A stretch of DNA of 64,000 nucleotides, taken from NCBI GenBank assembly GCA_037310415.1, contig CP147780.1, positions 128,001-192,000 on the forward strand, in the 5' to 3' direction. Both the position numbers and the translations under genes were made by a program. The notes under the pieces are model-generated. The model did no database searches and was not told where the DNA came from. It worked only from the letters and a program-made list of their open reading frames with translations. Source of the stretch: Candidatus Atabeyarchaeum deiterrae. GTDB taxonomy: Archaea; Asgardarchaeota; Atabeyarchaeia; Atabeyarchaeales; Atabeyarchaeaceae. Each line of letters opens with the position of its first letter. Position 1 is the first letter of the stretch. Positions 37,952 to 48,021 of this stretch are shown piece after piece.

Positions 37952-38953
37952 CTAGAATCCTCGTTCGAATAGACCAGTGATTGCTTTGAGGTATTGATCC
38001 TTAGCCATGTGGATTTCCGTGCGCATCATGAATTCTTTGACAGCCGGAATCGTTGTAAGGCTGATTCCTCTTCTAGCATCTTTCAAGTACCCCTTGCTCA
38101 CACCTTCTATGACTTCTGATTGTAGAAGTGCATCAATCTGTCCAGGTTCTGACACCCTGATTCCAGGTATCTCCTTGAGGTAGTCTCTGGCGCCCTTCAC
38201 TATTATCTCATTCCATCTCTCTGTTTCCGTTTTCGTTGCCCATTGATAGATCTCCTGACCAACAAGGATCACGTTAGAGTAAGATTGGTGCGTGCTCAGC
38301 ATCTTCGGTCCGTGTTCCTCTGGATAGGACGAGCTTCTACTGCAAGAGACCTTTAGCAAAGTGAAAGCGTCCTTGAATGGCGTAAGAACTGTGTTGGCAA
38401 TAAGCCCACGCTCGTAACTTTGCAGAGAGGCCGGGCGGTCAATCATCGAGAGAGGTATCTCAGCAAAGAGGTCATTGAGAACTAGGGCCGAGTCTCCCTC
38501 ATAATCTTTCCTTGCGCCGTGCAACTTCTCCCAGTCTGCCGGTGAGATCAACATGTTCGTGATCTCACGAGAATCCGCAATATACATTCCTTTCTTAACT
38601 GAGAATTCTATCTGGTACAACCCAGGACCTGTCAATAGTATATAGGGAGGAGCAGCTCCGCCCTTTCCCACTATGTTCGCTGAGCTTACAGCTATTATCA
38701 CGAAGTTTCTACTGACTTCTAGCACAGGATTGCCTTGATAGAAATATGACTGCGGTGACAAGCATGATATTTTACTCCAGTCCTTGATCAAAAGAATCTC
38801 GCTGAGGGCAAACCCCAGCGTTCCTTTTCCAAATACTTCAGTCAGCTCCTTGCTGCGCAGTCTCTCCTGGATTTCTCTTAGCCTTCCTCCCACTATGCCA
38901 CTGAGTATTCTCCCTTTCTCTCCTCTGTCCTCACGTGACATTTCTCGTGACAA
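37952..38953 (-). CDS. Hypothetical protein
   Basis: 333-aa ORF with AAGGAG RBS; no motif recognised. Confidence 0.75.
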   Translation of the reverse strand: MSREMSREDRGEKGRILSGIVGGRLREIQERLRSKELTEVFGKGTLGFALSEILLIKDWSKISCLSPQSYFYQGNPVLEVSRNFVIIAVSSANIVGKGGAAPPYILLTGPGLYQIEFSVKKGMYIADSREITNMLISPADWEKLHGARKDYEGDSALVLNDLFAEIPLSMIDRPASLQSYERGLIANTVLTPFKDAFTLLKVSCSRSSSYPEEHGPKMLSTHQSYSNVILVGQEIYQWATKTETERWNEIIVKGARDYLKEIPGIRVSEPGQIDALLQSEVIEGVSKGYLKDARRGISLTTIPAVKEFMMRTEIHMAKDQYLKAITGLFERGF

Positions 38954-39052
38954 CTCTCCTTTCTACTAACAATAAGAGTACTCACCTGTCCCCAATTCTA
39001 CCCACCCAATATCCATCATCCAATGTGATGGAAGAACCTACGATTTATAGGT

Positions 39053-40336
39053 TTAGTATTGTCTGTTTCCAGCCAACGCCTTGCCCAAGAACACAGCCAC
39101 TATTTTTGAGAAAAGGAGGACATCATCCAAATCGACAAACTCATTTGCTGCATGCGTTCCGGATCGAGCACGAGCGACACCCAGCGACATTGTTGGAATT
39201 CCGATCTTGGCGGTATAACATGCGTCGGAACAACCCAGTGAACCTCCAAGGAATGGTGCGACCCCTGTGACTTCGTTATAAGCTTTTGATAACAGTTGAA
39301 TGCCCCAGTTGTTTGGATCTGATTGGTATGACTCATGAAAGTAGCTGTACTCGACTGTCACCAAGAGGTCAGGGTCGCGCTTCTTCAGACTATATATTTG
39401 CTCGATTACTTTCTTGGCTTCCTGCTTGACATCTTCCTCAGGGATAAGCCTTCTGTCAACCAGCATTTCACACCTGTCTGGTACCATGTTCACTTTCAGA
39501 CCTCCTGAGATTACACCTATTGACACGGTTGGTCTGAGACTGGTGACTTCGAAGGATGGATGCGCAGGGATTCTTGACCACACATTTGACAGGCGTTCCG
39601 TGTATTTTGCGAGTGTATTAATCACCTTCCCCATTTTCTCTATCGCATTTACACCCATCCATGGCCTCGAGGAGTGTGCAGCCTTACCGTAAGTTACTAT
39701 CTTGAAGCGCAAACAGCCATTCGAAGCGTATTTGATGCTTTCCATACTGCTGTCGGCAACGAGACAGCAGTCACCTTTTACTAAATGCTCCCTGGCCAGA
39801 TACGAGAGCCCAGTGGCCCCTCCGATTTCCTCGTCTACCGTAACAGCAAACATGACCTTTCCTACTAGATCAGAATCTAGACTTTGTAGCGATTCAAGCG
39901 CGAATACAATCGAAGCGATTGAACCTTTCATATCTGCCGTTCCACGACCGAACATCAGGTTGTTCTTGATCGTTGCTGAGAACGGAGGATATTTCCATCC
40001 GTTCCCAGCAGGCACGACATCAATATGGCCATTCAGCAAAATGCAATGTCCTTGCGAACCCCATTCTCTAGTCGCGATCAGATTGGGTCTCGGACCCCTC
40101 AAAAGATTAGGTTGAATACCATATCTTCTCAACAAGTCTGGGTGGGGCTCGATTACCGTGCAGTCGAAGCCAATTTCCTTCATTTTTCGCTCTATGAAGT
40201 CTATGCATTCTCGGTAATTCTCCCCGGGCGGGACCACTGTCGGTATTTCTACTAAACGTTTCAGGAATGCTACCATTTTCTGCTTTGATTCGTCTATCGC
40301 GCCTTTCAATTTGATGCTACTCAATGGAGCCACCAA
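39053..40336 (-). CDS. M20 (ArgE/DapE-like) metallo-deacylase, second paralog
   Basis: NGHIDVVP, GRGTADMKG, DEEIGG, HAANE. Confidence 0.92.
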   Translation of the reverse strand: MVAPLSSIKLKGAIDESKQKMVAFLKRLVEIPTVVPPGENYRECIDFIERKMKEIGFDCTVIEPHPDLLRRYGIQPNLLRGPRPNLIATREWGSQGHCILLNGHIDVVPAGNGWKYPPFSATIKNNLMFGRGTADMKGSIASIVFALESLQSLDSDLVGKVMFAVTVDEEIGGATGLSYLAREHLVKGDCCLVADSSMESIKYASNGCLRFKIVTYGKAAHSSRPWMGVNAIEKMGKVINTLAKYTERLSNVWSRIPAHPSFEVTSLRPTVSIGVISGGLKVNMVPDRCEMLVDRRLIPEEDVKQEAKKVIEQIYSLKKRDPDLLVTVEYSYFHESYQSDPNNWGIQLLSKAYNEVTGVAPFLGGSLGCSDACYTAKIGIPTMSLGVARARSGTHAANEFVDLDDVLLFSKIVAVFLGKALAGNRQY

Positions 40337-40403
40337 CTATGGGAAGAGAGTCAACGTTCTGGTCGTTTAGTCAGATTTACCAGGGACGAGGTTGTTCGTT
40401 ACG

Positions 40404-40613
40404 TCACATGGGCGAAGGCTCATCCTCGTCGCCTACGGGTGACGTCACCGGACGGGTGGAAGGCTCTTTCTTCTTGGGTGAAGTCTTAGCTTTCCATACA
40501 TTTTTGCATTTGTGGTTCTCCGGAAGCCTATGGTCTATACAGAAGTCTCCCTCACAGAATTGACACCTAAAAGGTAGATATACTTCCTTGTCACAGAACA
40601 GACATTTCACCAA
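40404..40613 (-). CDS. Stand-alone AN1-type zinc finger protein
   Basis: CLFC..LPFRCQFCEGDFCIDHRLPENHKC. Confidence 0.85.
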   Translation of the reverse strand: MVKCLFCDKEVYLPFRCQFCEGDFCIDHRLPENHKCKNVWKAKTSPKKKEPSTRPVTSPVGDEDEPSPM

Positions 40614-40801
40614 TTCCTTCAGTCTCCTAATAGTAGGAATACCAAGATGACAGTTATATTGGGTCTTGCACCCTTTCTTAAATTCTTTGCGAAATAGTTG
40701 GCGAGAGACTAATTCTGTTCGCATAAACGAAAAAGGATAAGTGCTCGGAAATCAAACTATTCTTACTGATCAACTGATCTGAACAACTAAGGTGCACATT
40801 A

Positions 40802-41806
40802 ATGCCTGACGAGTTCATTCCAGCGAGTTCTATGGCGCCAATACCTAATAGCTCATACAGTATAAGAATCGGGAAAATCAAAGATACTTGGGCTATCAGG
40901 GTATTTAGGGGACCGCAAGTTCTTGCAACGCAAATCATTGGCGATCTGGATCCGAGCGTTATTGTTACAGTTGTTCAGTCTTCCATTTCGCTCCCATCAT
41001 ATTCTCCGTATCACATAGTAAGGGCGGTGTCGCCGCTGATAAGGGAGGCGAAGAGTGGCTATACTCAGCCGCCTGAAGTAGCGCCGCTTGCGCAACCAGT
41101 GGTGACTGTTGCTCAACAGAGTGAGAATACGGACAGCGGAACCTCACCTCCCCCGTCTCATTTACCAAGCGGGACAGACGAAGGATCAGAGGTTCAGTAT
41201 CCAGTTGCATCGCATGCACAAGCATCGAGTTCAGCAATAGGTAAACCTCCTTTGCGCGAATTGCGACCTCTGGAGCCATTGGAAACACCACAACCCGTGC
41301 AACATGTTGAGAAATCAAGGATCCAAAAGAGGATCGACTTGAAACCAGTTCAACCTGAGGAAGCAGCTAATCAGATTTACTCGGCGTTGATGTCCAGATT
41401 GGGACTCGTTGTAATGTATATCTCAAGCAACTACGGCGAGAAATCCACTGCAAGACTTTGGCAATACCTGTCAGAAATGGCTGAGCTAAATCAAGGGAAA
41501 AGAAAACGCGAGAGCTTTGAAGAGTTCATCACAAGAAGAGTTCAGGAAGACGTGGTTCTAGGAATCGAACATGAAACAGTTGAATTCTACGAAGACAAGT
41601 TTGCAAGCCGTGTTCAACACTGTGGACCAGTGGAAACCATTGCCGAACTTGAGAAATCGCGTACTTCCGTTCAGCGGGATCTCCCATGCAAGTTGTGCGA
41701 ATCAACCTGGCAAGGTGCCTGCAGAGCCATGGGTTTTCAATTCCAGTACAGAAGAGAGAAAGATGGGTGTACTATCAACGTGGAGAAACTTGAGGGAAGG
41801 AGATGA
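40802..41806 (+). CDS. Two-domain protein with a Pro/Ser/Gln linker and a C-terminal V4R/ATC-hydrolase-like domain
   Basis: C-terminal VQHCGP..LPCKLC..ACRAMG..GCTINV; low-complexity central linker. Confidence 0.65.
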   Translation: MPDEFIPASSMAPIPNSSYSIRIGKIKDTWAIRVFRGPQVLATQIIGDLDPSVIVTVVQSSISLPSYSPYHIVRAVSPLIREAKSGYTQPPEVAPLAQPVVTVAQQSENTDSGTSPPPSHLPSGTDEGSEVQYPVASHAQASSSAIGKPPLRELRPLEPLETPQPVQHVEKSRIQKRIDLKPVQPEEAANQIYSALMSRLGLVVMYISSNYGEKSTARLWQYLSEMAELNQGKRKRESFEEFITRRVQEDVVLGIEHETVEFYEDKFASRVQHCGPVETIAELEKSRTSVQRDLPCKLCESTWQGACRAMGFQFQYRREKDGCTINVEKLEGRR

Positions 41807-41818
41807 CTCCAATCCTCA

Positions 41819-43318
41819 TCACAGTGGTATTCCCGCCAATTTTCCAACCTCCTTGAGATACGCTTGAACAGGCAGAGGAAATCCCATGTCCTTTGCTATC
41901 CTCTTTGTAAAACCTGCTGTTCTGGAGGCTTTATCTAAGATCTTGGCAACACCTGAGCCAAACTGTACAGCGACCTTCCGCTTTGGAAGGATATCAACTG
42001 CAATACCTATTCTGCTAGCGGCTTGACGCAGTATGTGCTTACGGGAGATCGTCGCCATTCCCTTGAACAGTTTCATTTGAGGAGGGATTCCAAGCGAGAA
42101 TTCGACAACTGATGCATCAAGGAATGGAGCGAGAAGTATTGCTGAGTTCATGGTTCCTATCTGGTCAAACTGTGGCATTGTGTTTCCGAGTCCCACTATG
42201 TCATTAAGCATTTCTCTGCACAAGGCAGCATACCCACTGGAAACAAGCTTGGCTTCGTACCTTTCATATCCGCCAAATAGTTCGTCTGCACCTTGTCCAT
42301 GAAGTATTATGTGCTCGCCGCTTCTGACAGCTTCTCTCGTGGCTAGGTAGATAGGCAAGGAAGTGCTGACTGCGATCATCTCAAAACTTTCAATAGACTT
42401 CACAACAGGCAGTAGATAATTGGTGGCTTCATCAGAAGTTATGTTCTTCTCAACGAGTTGCAGACCTAGGGCTGCGGCCACTCTTCTAGCGCTAATCATG
42501 TCTCGTGATGACGATGTTCCAGCGCAGTAAAGAGTGCATTTAATTCCCAGGTCCTTTGAGAGTTTTGAGATAATTGAACTATCCAATCCACCAGAGAAGA
42601 GTATTCCCACGTTCCTGCCAGCGGAAGCGGTCATTTTCTTGACTGCGTTTGTGAGAAGAAGTACTAGTGAGTCAGTGAGCGAATTCTTTTCTGACTTGAT
42701 TGACCCCATCTTTATACCGTGGGTAATTCTCGTGACTTTGCCATCGACTATAATAAGTGGTTGGGGTAAAGCTCTGATGTCTGTCAATCCAGCTTCCCAT
42801 AGTGGTCGTCGCCTCGATGAGAAAACAAACATGTGATCATTTTCGGCAAAATAGAGGGGCTTCACTCCAATGGGGTCTCTCGCAAGGAGGAATGTATCAT
42901 CGCGCCTCAGTGCTAATGCGTATTGTCCATCGAGCGATTTCAGTAAGTTCTTGGCAGCAGATTCCAGGTTCTCAGTTCTGCCAATGTTATCCTCGAACTT
43001 GCCAATCAGTGAAGCGGGAGCATCTGGCATGTTGAATATGCTTCCAATCATGGCGACTGATCCTAACCTTGGATCCTTAGATGCCATGCAATGTTTCCTT
43101 TTCTCGCAAGAGCAGGCCGTACCTAGGACTGCAGTTGAAGAGGAAGATATTGAGTCTTCAATAACACGCATATTGTCTGCCACAAGATATTCTCCCTGTG
43201 AATTGACTACCAGATTCCTAAAATCGGAAGATTCACCATGAGCTGTTCTCAGCAATTGAAGGGCTGTCTTCGACACATCCCTTTTTGCCTTGCCCACAAC
43301 TCCCACTATAATGCACAT
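41819..43318 (-). CDS. Asparagine synthetase-family amidotransferase with degenerate glutaminase domain
   Basis: MC start, ARDPIGVKPLYF, SGGLDSS, GQGADELFGGY, APFLD. Confidence 0.88.
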   Translation of the reverse strand: MCIIVGVVGKAKRDVSKTALQLLRTAHGESSDFRNLVVNSQGEYLVADNMRVIEDSISSSSTAVLGTACSCEKRKHCMASKDPRLGSVAMIGSIFNMPDAPASLIGKFEDNIGRTENLESAAKNLLKSLDGQYALALRRDDTFLLARDPIGVKPLYFAENDHMFVFSSRRRPLWEAGLTDIRALPQPLIIVDGKVTRITHGIKMGSIKSEKNSLTDSLVLLLTNAVKKMTASAGRNVGILFSGGLDSSIISKLSKDLGIKCTLYCAGTSSSRDMISARRVAAALGLQLVEKNITSDEATNYLLPVVKSIESFEMIAVSTSLPIYLATREAVRSGEHIILHGQGADELFGGYERYEAKLVSSGYAALCREMLNDIVGLGNTMPQFDQIGTMNSAILLAPFLDASVVEFSLGIPPQMKLFKGMATISRKHILRQAASRIGIAVDILPKRKVAVQFGSGVAKILDKASRTAGFTKRIAKDMGFPLPVQAYLKEVGKLAGIPL

Positions 43319-43455
43319 ACCAACCACACGACTTGATGAGTCCAACTAGTAAGGTTTTAAACCACGTTAAGCATTTTGATAATGAAATGGCTCCACTGAT
43401 TCACGGTAGCCGTGAAGACTCATGCTCCATTAGCCTAGAAAGGTGTTGATTTCAA

Positions 43456-44769
43456 TTGCTCGAACTAGGGGCACAATATGACAAGAGTCTTGTCAAGGAA
43501 GCTGATATTACCCCAGGGCTATTCAAGCCCAATTATAACCGCGGTATCCACATGGTTCTGCCAACGGCTCTATCATTTCTGGGTTTCAATCTACCTGAAG
43601 TCAAATACCCCTCTTTATCTGATGTCAAGAGCATCAAAAAAACAATGGAGAACAACACTTGTTTTGACGCAGACAAGATCATCATGATTGTCACCGACTC
43701 AGTTGGCATAGAACAATTCCAGAAATTCCGTCTTCTCCCAAAGGCTCATGAGAGCTTGGGAGGGCTCCAGCTTTCATCAGTCTTTCCAACAATAACATCC
43801 ACTGCTTTAGCATCGATACATCTGGCAGCCTCGCCTGGTATTCATGGCGTGTTTGGTCACAAGATCTTCTTCAAGGAACTTGGCGCTGTTGTCGACACAC
43901 TGAAAATGAGTACCTTGTCCTTTCCGTTTAGAGATGCTCTAGTGCGAGTTGGAATTGATGCGCGGGCGTTGACCTATTGTGACTCCCCCTATGATCTTGT
44001 AGAACAACAAGGCATTAGACATGTCGAGCTACTCGAGGATGAGATAGCCGGGACTGGACTGTCGAACATGATTTACAGAAGACAGGTCGCACATGGATTC
44101 AGCAATCTTATTGATGCATTCTCGACAGCGAAAACATTACTGGAGGAGGAAAGCAACAAGAAACTGATTGTGAACCTGTACACAGGTATCCTTGATTCAT
44201 TGAGCCATAAGTATGGCCCTCTAAGTGATGAGTATTCACTTGGCGCTAGGCATTTGGAAGAGAATATGAAAAGATTGATTGTGAGTGTCAGGGATAGTGT
44301 TGCAGAGAGGACGACATTTATCTTTCTCTCCGATCATGGACAGGATACAATTCATCCTGATTTGGAGATTACATTTACCAAAGATGAGTTGGACGAGCTC
44401 GGCAGGTTTCTCAGGGCTCCAATCGGAAAATCTGGCAGAGTTCTTCACTTCTACGCAAAGAAAGGATTCGAAGATCAATTGAGGAGAGCGTTGAATAACA
44501 AGGTCGAAAACCGTGGATACGTGATAACATTCGAAGAAGCCATCAAAAACTTCATCGGCAGAACACCTAACCTAGAAATGAGTAGACTAAGGCTGGGAGA
44601 CTTTCTTTTGGTTCTCAAGAAAGGAGTTAATGCTGAAATCAAAAAGAGCGAACCACCGAACGGATGGAAAGACCAATTCCTTGGCTCACATGGTTCTGCG
44701 ACGCTGAGCGAAATGATAGTTCCATTTATCGCGGTAAGACTATCCAGACTTAAGCAATGCATAACATGA
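43456..44769 (+). CDS. Alkaline phosphatase-superfamily nucleotide pyrophosphatase/phosphodiesterase
   Basis: DSVG, SVFPTIT, DSLSH, SDHG, GSHGS. Confidence 0.88.
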   Translation: MLELGAQYDKSLVKEADITPGLFKPNYNRGIHMVLPTALSFLGFNLPEVKYPSLSDVKSIKKTMENNTCFDADKIIMIVTDSVGIEQFQKFRLLPKAHESLGGLQLSSVFPTITSTALASIHLAASPGIHGVFGHKIFFKELGAVVDTLKMSTLSFPFRDALVRVGIDARALTYCDSPYDLVEQQGIRHVELLEDEIAGTGLSNMIYRRQVAHGFSNLIDAFSTAKTLLEEESNKKLIVNLYTGILDSLSHKYGPLSDEYSLGARHLEENMKRLIVSVRDSVAERTTFIFLSDHGQDTIHPDLEITFTKDELDELGRFLRAPIGKSGRVLHFYAKKGFEDQLRRALNNKVENRGYVITFEEAIKNFIGRTPNLEMSRLRLGDFLLVLKKGVNAEIKKSEPPNGWKDQFLGSHGSATLSEMIVPFIAVRLSRLKQCIT

Positions 44770-44811
44770 TTCTATGATGATGCTGTCCCAGTTCCTTTGC
44801 GCTGGAAGCCA

Positions 44812-45684
44812 CTATTCTTCCTCTTTGTCTTCTTCCTTCTTTGCTCCACCCTTGAATATGTCCATTATCTCACCCAAATGCTTCTCCATTAGGGACTCAA
44901 GCGGTTCTTCAGATGAGACTTCTTCTTGTTTAGAGGATGGCTTTTCTCTTCTCCCCTTCCCTTCAAGTTTGGAAGCTTGACGAAGAAACTCAACAGCGAG
45001 TACGTGGCCATTCTCAATGATTACTCGAGGAGTGTGTTCTTCCGCCATAAAAATACCGTCTTCAAGAGGGTTAGTGACTCTTCCAATCTTATGTTCAACT
45101 TTCTCCTTTCCGAATACCCTAGTCCTAGACACTGAGACCGCAAATATGTCGTGACCAATGACGACCAGTTCTCTCTCGAATCCTTTGGGAACCTCGATTT
45201 GGCTCAGCCGTTCAATCACCCTAGTCTGATCAAGCTCGCCTCTCTGACTAATAGTCTGCGGCTGAACCACGCGCGGCGGTGAAGGGATATTCGGCACGAC
45301 AGCCACTGGTGGTGGTCTGGGCTGAGGTTGAACTCTGGGAGTAGAAACCTGAGGCGCAGAACGTGATTCACTTTTGCCGGAGGCAGAAGGAGGGGCAACC
45401 TGCGGACGACCAAGAGTGAAATTCACACCTGCTTTGAGGAAATCCGGATTCTCAGCTTCGTCGATCTGGACCATTTTGTATGAGAGACCGTGTTCGAGTC
45501 TTAAGCTTGAGGCTAGGCGGGCACCAATGAATTTGCTGCGAGTTCTTGCTTCCTTCCCACACCATAAGATTATCTGCTTCTCGTCGTCGTTGACGAACAG
45601 GTAGACTTTGCCACTATCCACATCTTCTCTTCTGAATAGGATTTCCTTCAACTCGCCGTCCTCAGTGACCTCAAGCATCCTCAT
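44812..45684 (-). CDS. Single gelsolin-domain protein with C-terminal extension (Asgard 1DGelX-like)
   Basis: DSGKVYLF...IILWCGK...KFIGARLA...IDEAENPDF gelsolin core; Pro-rich linker; C-terminal beta domain; acidic tail. Confidence 0.8.
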   Translation of the reverse strand: MRMLEVTEDGELKEILFRREDVDSGKVYLFVNDDEKQIILWCGKEARTRSKFIGARLASSLRLEHGLSYKMVQIDEAENPDFLKAGVNFTLGRPQVAPPSASGKSESRSAPQVSTPRVQPQPRPPPVAVVPNIPSPPRVVQPQTISQRGELDQTRVIERLSQIEVPKGFERELVVIGHDIFAVSVSRTRVFGKEKVEHKIGRVTNPLEDGIFMAEEHTPRVIIENGHVLAVEFLRQASKLEGKGRREKPSSKQEEVSSEEPLESLMEKHLGEIMDIFKGGAKKEEDKEEE

Positions 45685-45722
45685 TTTGAGAATTCCACCT
45701 TTTTGGATGAACGAAAGAGTAT

Positions 45723-45938
45723 CTAAGACAAGTGACCGTTTCTTGCTTCGATTGTCGCTCTCTGCGACTCTAAGTATAAGTTGGATTCAGTATTTATTCT
45801 TTCCATTATCTTTTGAGCCTTGATCTGATCCCTGCCTTCCCGATTGAGCGTCAGATCTGCTTGCTTGTTCACGTTTATAGGTATTGTGAAAACGCCTAAT
45901 ATATTTTTGCCGTCTACTCTGCAATGCCAAAGCGCCAT
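45723..45938 (-). CDS. Small hypothetical protein
   Basis: 71-aa ATG ORF filling the gap between two co-oriented genes. Confidence 0.35.
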   Translation of the reverse strand: MALWHCRVDGKNILGVFTIPINVNKQADLTLNREGRDQIKAQKIMERINTESNLYLESQRATIEARNGHLS

Positions 45939-45981
45939 GCCACTTCCGTCACTACATCCAGCGTATTAACAAAACCATAGT

Positions 45982-46536
45982 TTATCCAATGAACCGCTCC
46001 ATTATTATCTCGTCAACATATTCGCCATTGACGTTGAACTGGCTCTTCTTTCTGCCGACTTTCTTAAAGCCGAATTTGTTGTATAGTTTCATGGCTCTCT
46101 TGTTGTTATGAAAAACGCTCAATTCTATCTTCTTGAAGCCTTTCTTCGGAGCTTCATCAATCGCTGATTCTAAGAGAGCTGCGCCGATTCCAATGCCTCG
46201 AAACTCAGATAGAACCGCTATGCCTAGTTCGCCGACATGCTGAGAGATATCCCAAATCGATTCTTCAATGGTGAGATAACCAACCGTCTTCCCCTGAACC
46301 TGGGCAACCAAGGTAATCAATCTCCTTTTGCCGCTATCACTCAGCAGGGCACGATAGTATGCGTCCAGAGCTGCATTCTCGCGAGCATTTGCAGTGTATC
46401 TTCCTTCCTTCTGAGCACTTCGAAAAACACCCCATATTTCTGCAAAATCGACCTCAGCAGCTTCTCTCACGGTTGCTTCTTGGTTCAATTTGGTTGAAAA
46501 CTGTCTTGGAAGCAAGACGATCCGACACCTTGTCAA
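45982..46536 (-). CDS. GNAT acetyltransferase
   Basis: GELGIAV..FRGIGIG, VFHNNKRAMKLYNKFGF. Confidence 0.9.
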   Translation of the reverse strand: MTRCRIVLLPRQFSTKLNQEATVREAAEVDFAEIWGVFRSAQKEGRYTANARENAALDAYYRALLSDSGKRRLITLVAQVQGKTVGYLTIEESIWDISQHVGELGIAVLSEFRGIGIGAALLESAIDEAPKKGFKKIELSVFHNNKRAMKLYNKFGFKKVGRKKSQFNVNGEYVDEIIMERFIG

Positions 46537-46578
46537 TAGGGTGGATATCCAGACCTCTGAGTTGACCTTTCTTCTCTA

Positions 46579-46950
46579 TTATATCCAATCCGTGGCGAGC
46601 TTTGACAACGGTATGTTCTCAAACTTGCCCCTCGGCAACTTCCTCCGGATTGTTATCGGCAACACGTTTGCTTTAAGTTCAAAATCAGCTATTGCTATTG
46701 GATCCGTTAATCCCGCTGGGATCTCTATCAGTATTGGCGCACCCAACGAGAGTTGGAGAGCCCGCGCCCCAATAATCCTTGACTTTTCATACTTAGTCAA
46801 CGGAAGTCTTAACGGCGTCAGAGGATCGAACTTCATGGATGCAATCATTCCCTTCTCAGAGTTAACTTTCTCCTCGGTCCGTGCTGGAGAGGATGGATCT
46901 GCTCCTTCATCGTTTTTCCCTTGGTTCTCCAACTTGGAGCTACCTTTCAC
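46579..46950 (-). CDS. rpoK: RNA polymerase subunit Rpo6/K
   Basis: LTKYEKSRIIGARALQLSLGAP..LPITIRRKLP. Confidence 0.95.
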   Translation of the reverse strand: MKGSSKLENQGKNDEGADPSSPARTEEKVNSEKGMIASMKFDPLTPLRLPLTKYEKSRIIGARALQLSLGAPILIEIPAGLTDPIAIADFELKANVLPITIRRKLPRGKFENIPLSKLATDWI

Positions 46951-47372
46951 CTAGCTTTTCGCCTCCAGCATTGTATGAGTCACTCATCTTGTGAACTCAT
47001 GCCTTTCCTCCGTAAGACCCGAAAAGACATGTTATGCTTAATTCGATCCCAAATCCAGCGCGTATACTGCTAACTCTCAAATGATACCTGAAAGAACCGT
47101 CTCTCGCGCAAACTTGACACTCAAAAGTAATGCTTAAGATTAAGCTGGTTTCTATTTAAATTTTGCGTTCAGATCTGTCTCTCGTAGCTCTTTCCTAGGT
47201 TTCTTGAACGACGCGAATCTTACCACGCTTCTCTCCTTCTTCCAGCTTAGTTGCTTTAAGCGTTGACAAAGTGTCTCGGACTCTCACTCGCTTCATGCCT
47301 TTTCCCTTTAACTCTCTCCTTATCCCATGCGTCGAGAGCCTGTGGCATTCGAGACAAACAAGCGATGATCAA

Positions 47373-47936
47373 CTATTTGGACTGTTCTTCATCACGTTTG
47401 CTCATAAGGTAGGCATCTTCCCCGTCGCTATAGTAGCCTCTTAGAACCTTGGCATCCGTGAAACCCATTTTTTTGTAAAGTGAGACGGCAGGTGTGTTGC
47501 TCATTCTGACTTCGAGAACGTATTCTGAAGCTCCATAATCATGCATTGCCTCAAGTGATCTTGAGGCAAGATCATATGCTATACCGTTCTTCCTATATTC
47601 GTGCAGGACTGCAACGGAAACTATATGTCCCTTCCGCGTTAATCTAAACCCAAAGTTGGATAGACCTCTCTCTATCCGGCCCATAATGTATCCAACGATT
47701 TCTTTTCTGGACATGTATTCAGATACCAAGAATGACTTTGGGTATCTTTCATAAATATCAACAAAGAAACCGCTAGGATAATTTTCTGGGAGACACTTCT
47801 TGTTTATCATGATCACTTGGTCCAGATCCTTCACAGAGAATCGTCTTGTTCTGAACGAATTGTCATGAGTCGCGTCCATCTCTGGAGCCTCCTGCGTCAA
47901 CGCGAACGAATGCTGGCGTTCTGAAAGATTAGACAT
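47373..47936 (-). CDS. N-terminal acetyltransferase (Ard1/NAA10/RimI-like)
   Basis: CLPENY, KGHIVSVAV, LEVRMSN, YYSDGEDAYLM; start may be at the second Met. Confidence 0.93.
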   Translation of the reverse strand: MSNLSERQHSFALTQEAPEMDATHDNSFRTRRFSVKDLDQVIMINKKCLPENYPSGFFVDIYERYPKSFLVSEYMSRKEIVGYIMGRIERGLSNFGFRLTRKGHIVSVAVLHEYRKNGIAYDLASRSLEAMHDYGASEYVLEVRMSNTPAVSLYKKMGFTDAKVLRGYYSDGEDAYLMSKRDEEQSK

Positions 47937-48021
47937 AAAGCTTTTTAACTTTCCTCTTCACTGGTTGTTAGAAGAATAGTCTGGTCTTCCATTCATTCAA
48001 TCTAACCGGCGAGTCCTCGGG

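Noticed and set aside
47196-47297. 33-aa basic ORF (MKRVRVRDTLST...) between the acetyltransferase and rpoK
   Set aside because: Too short and matches no ribosomal or other small protein I recognise
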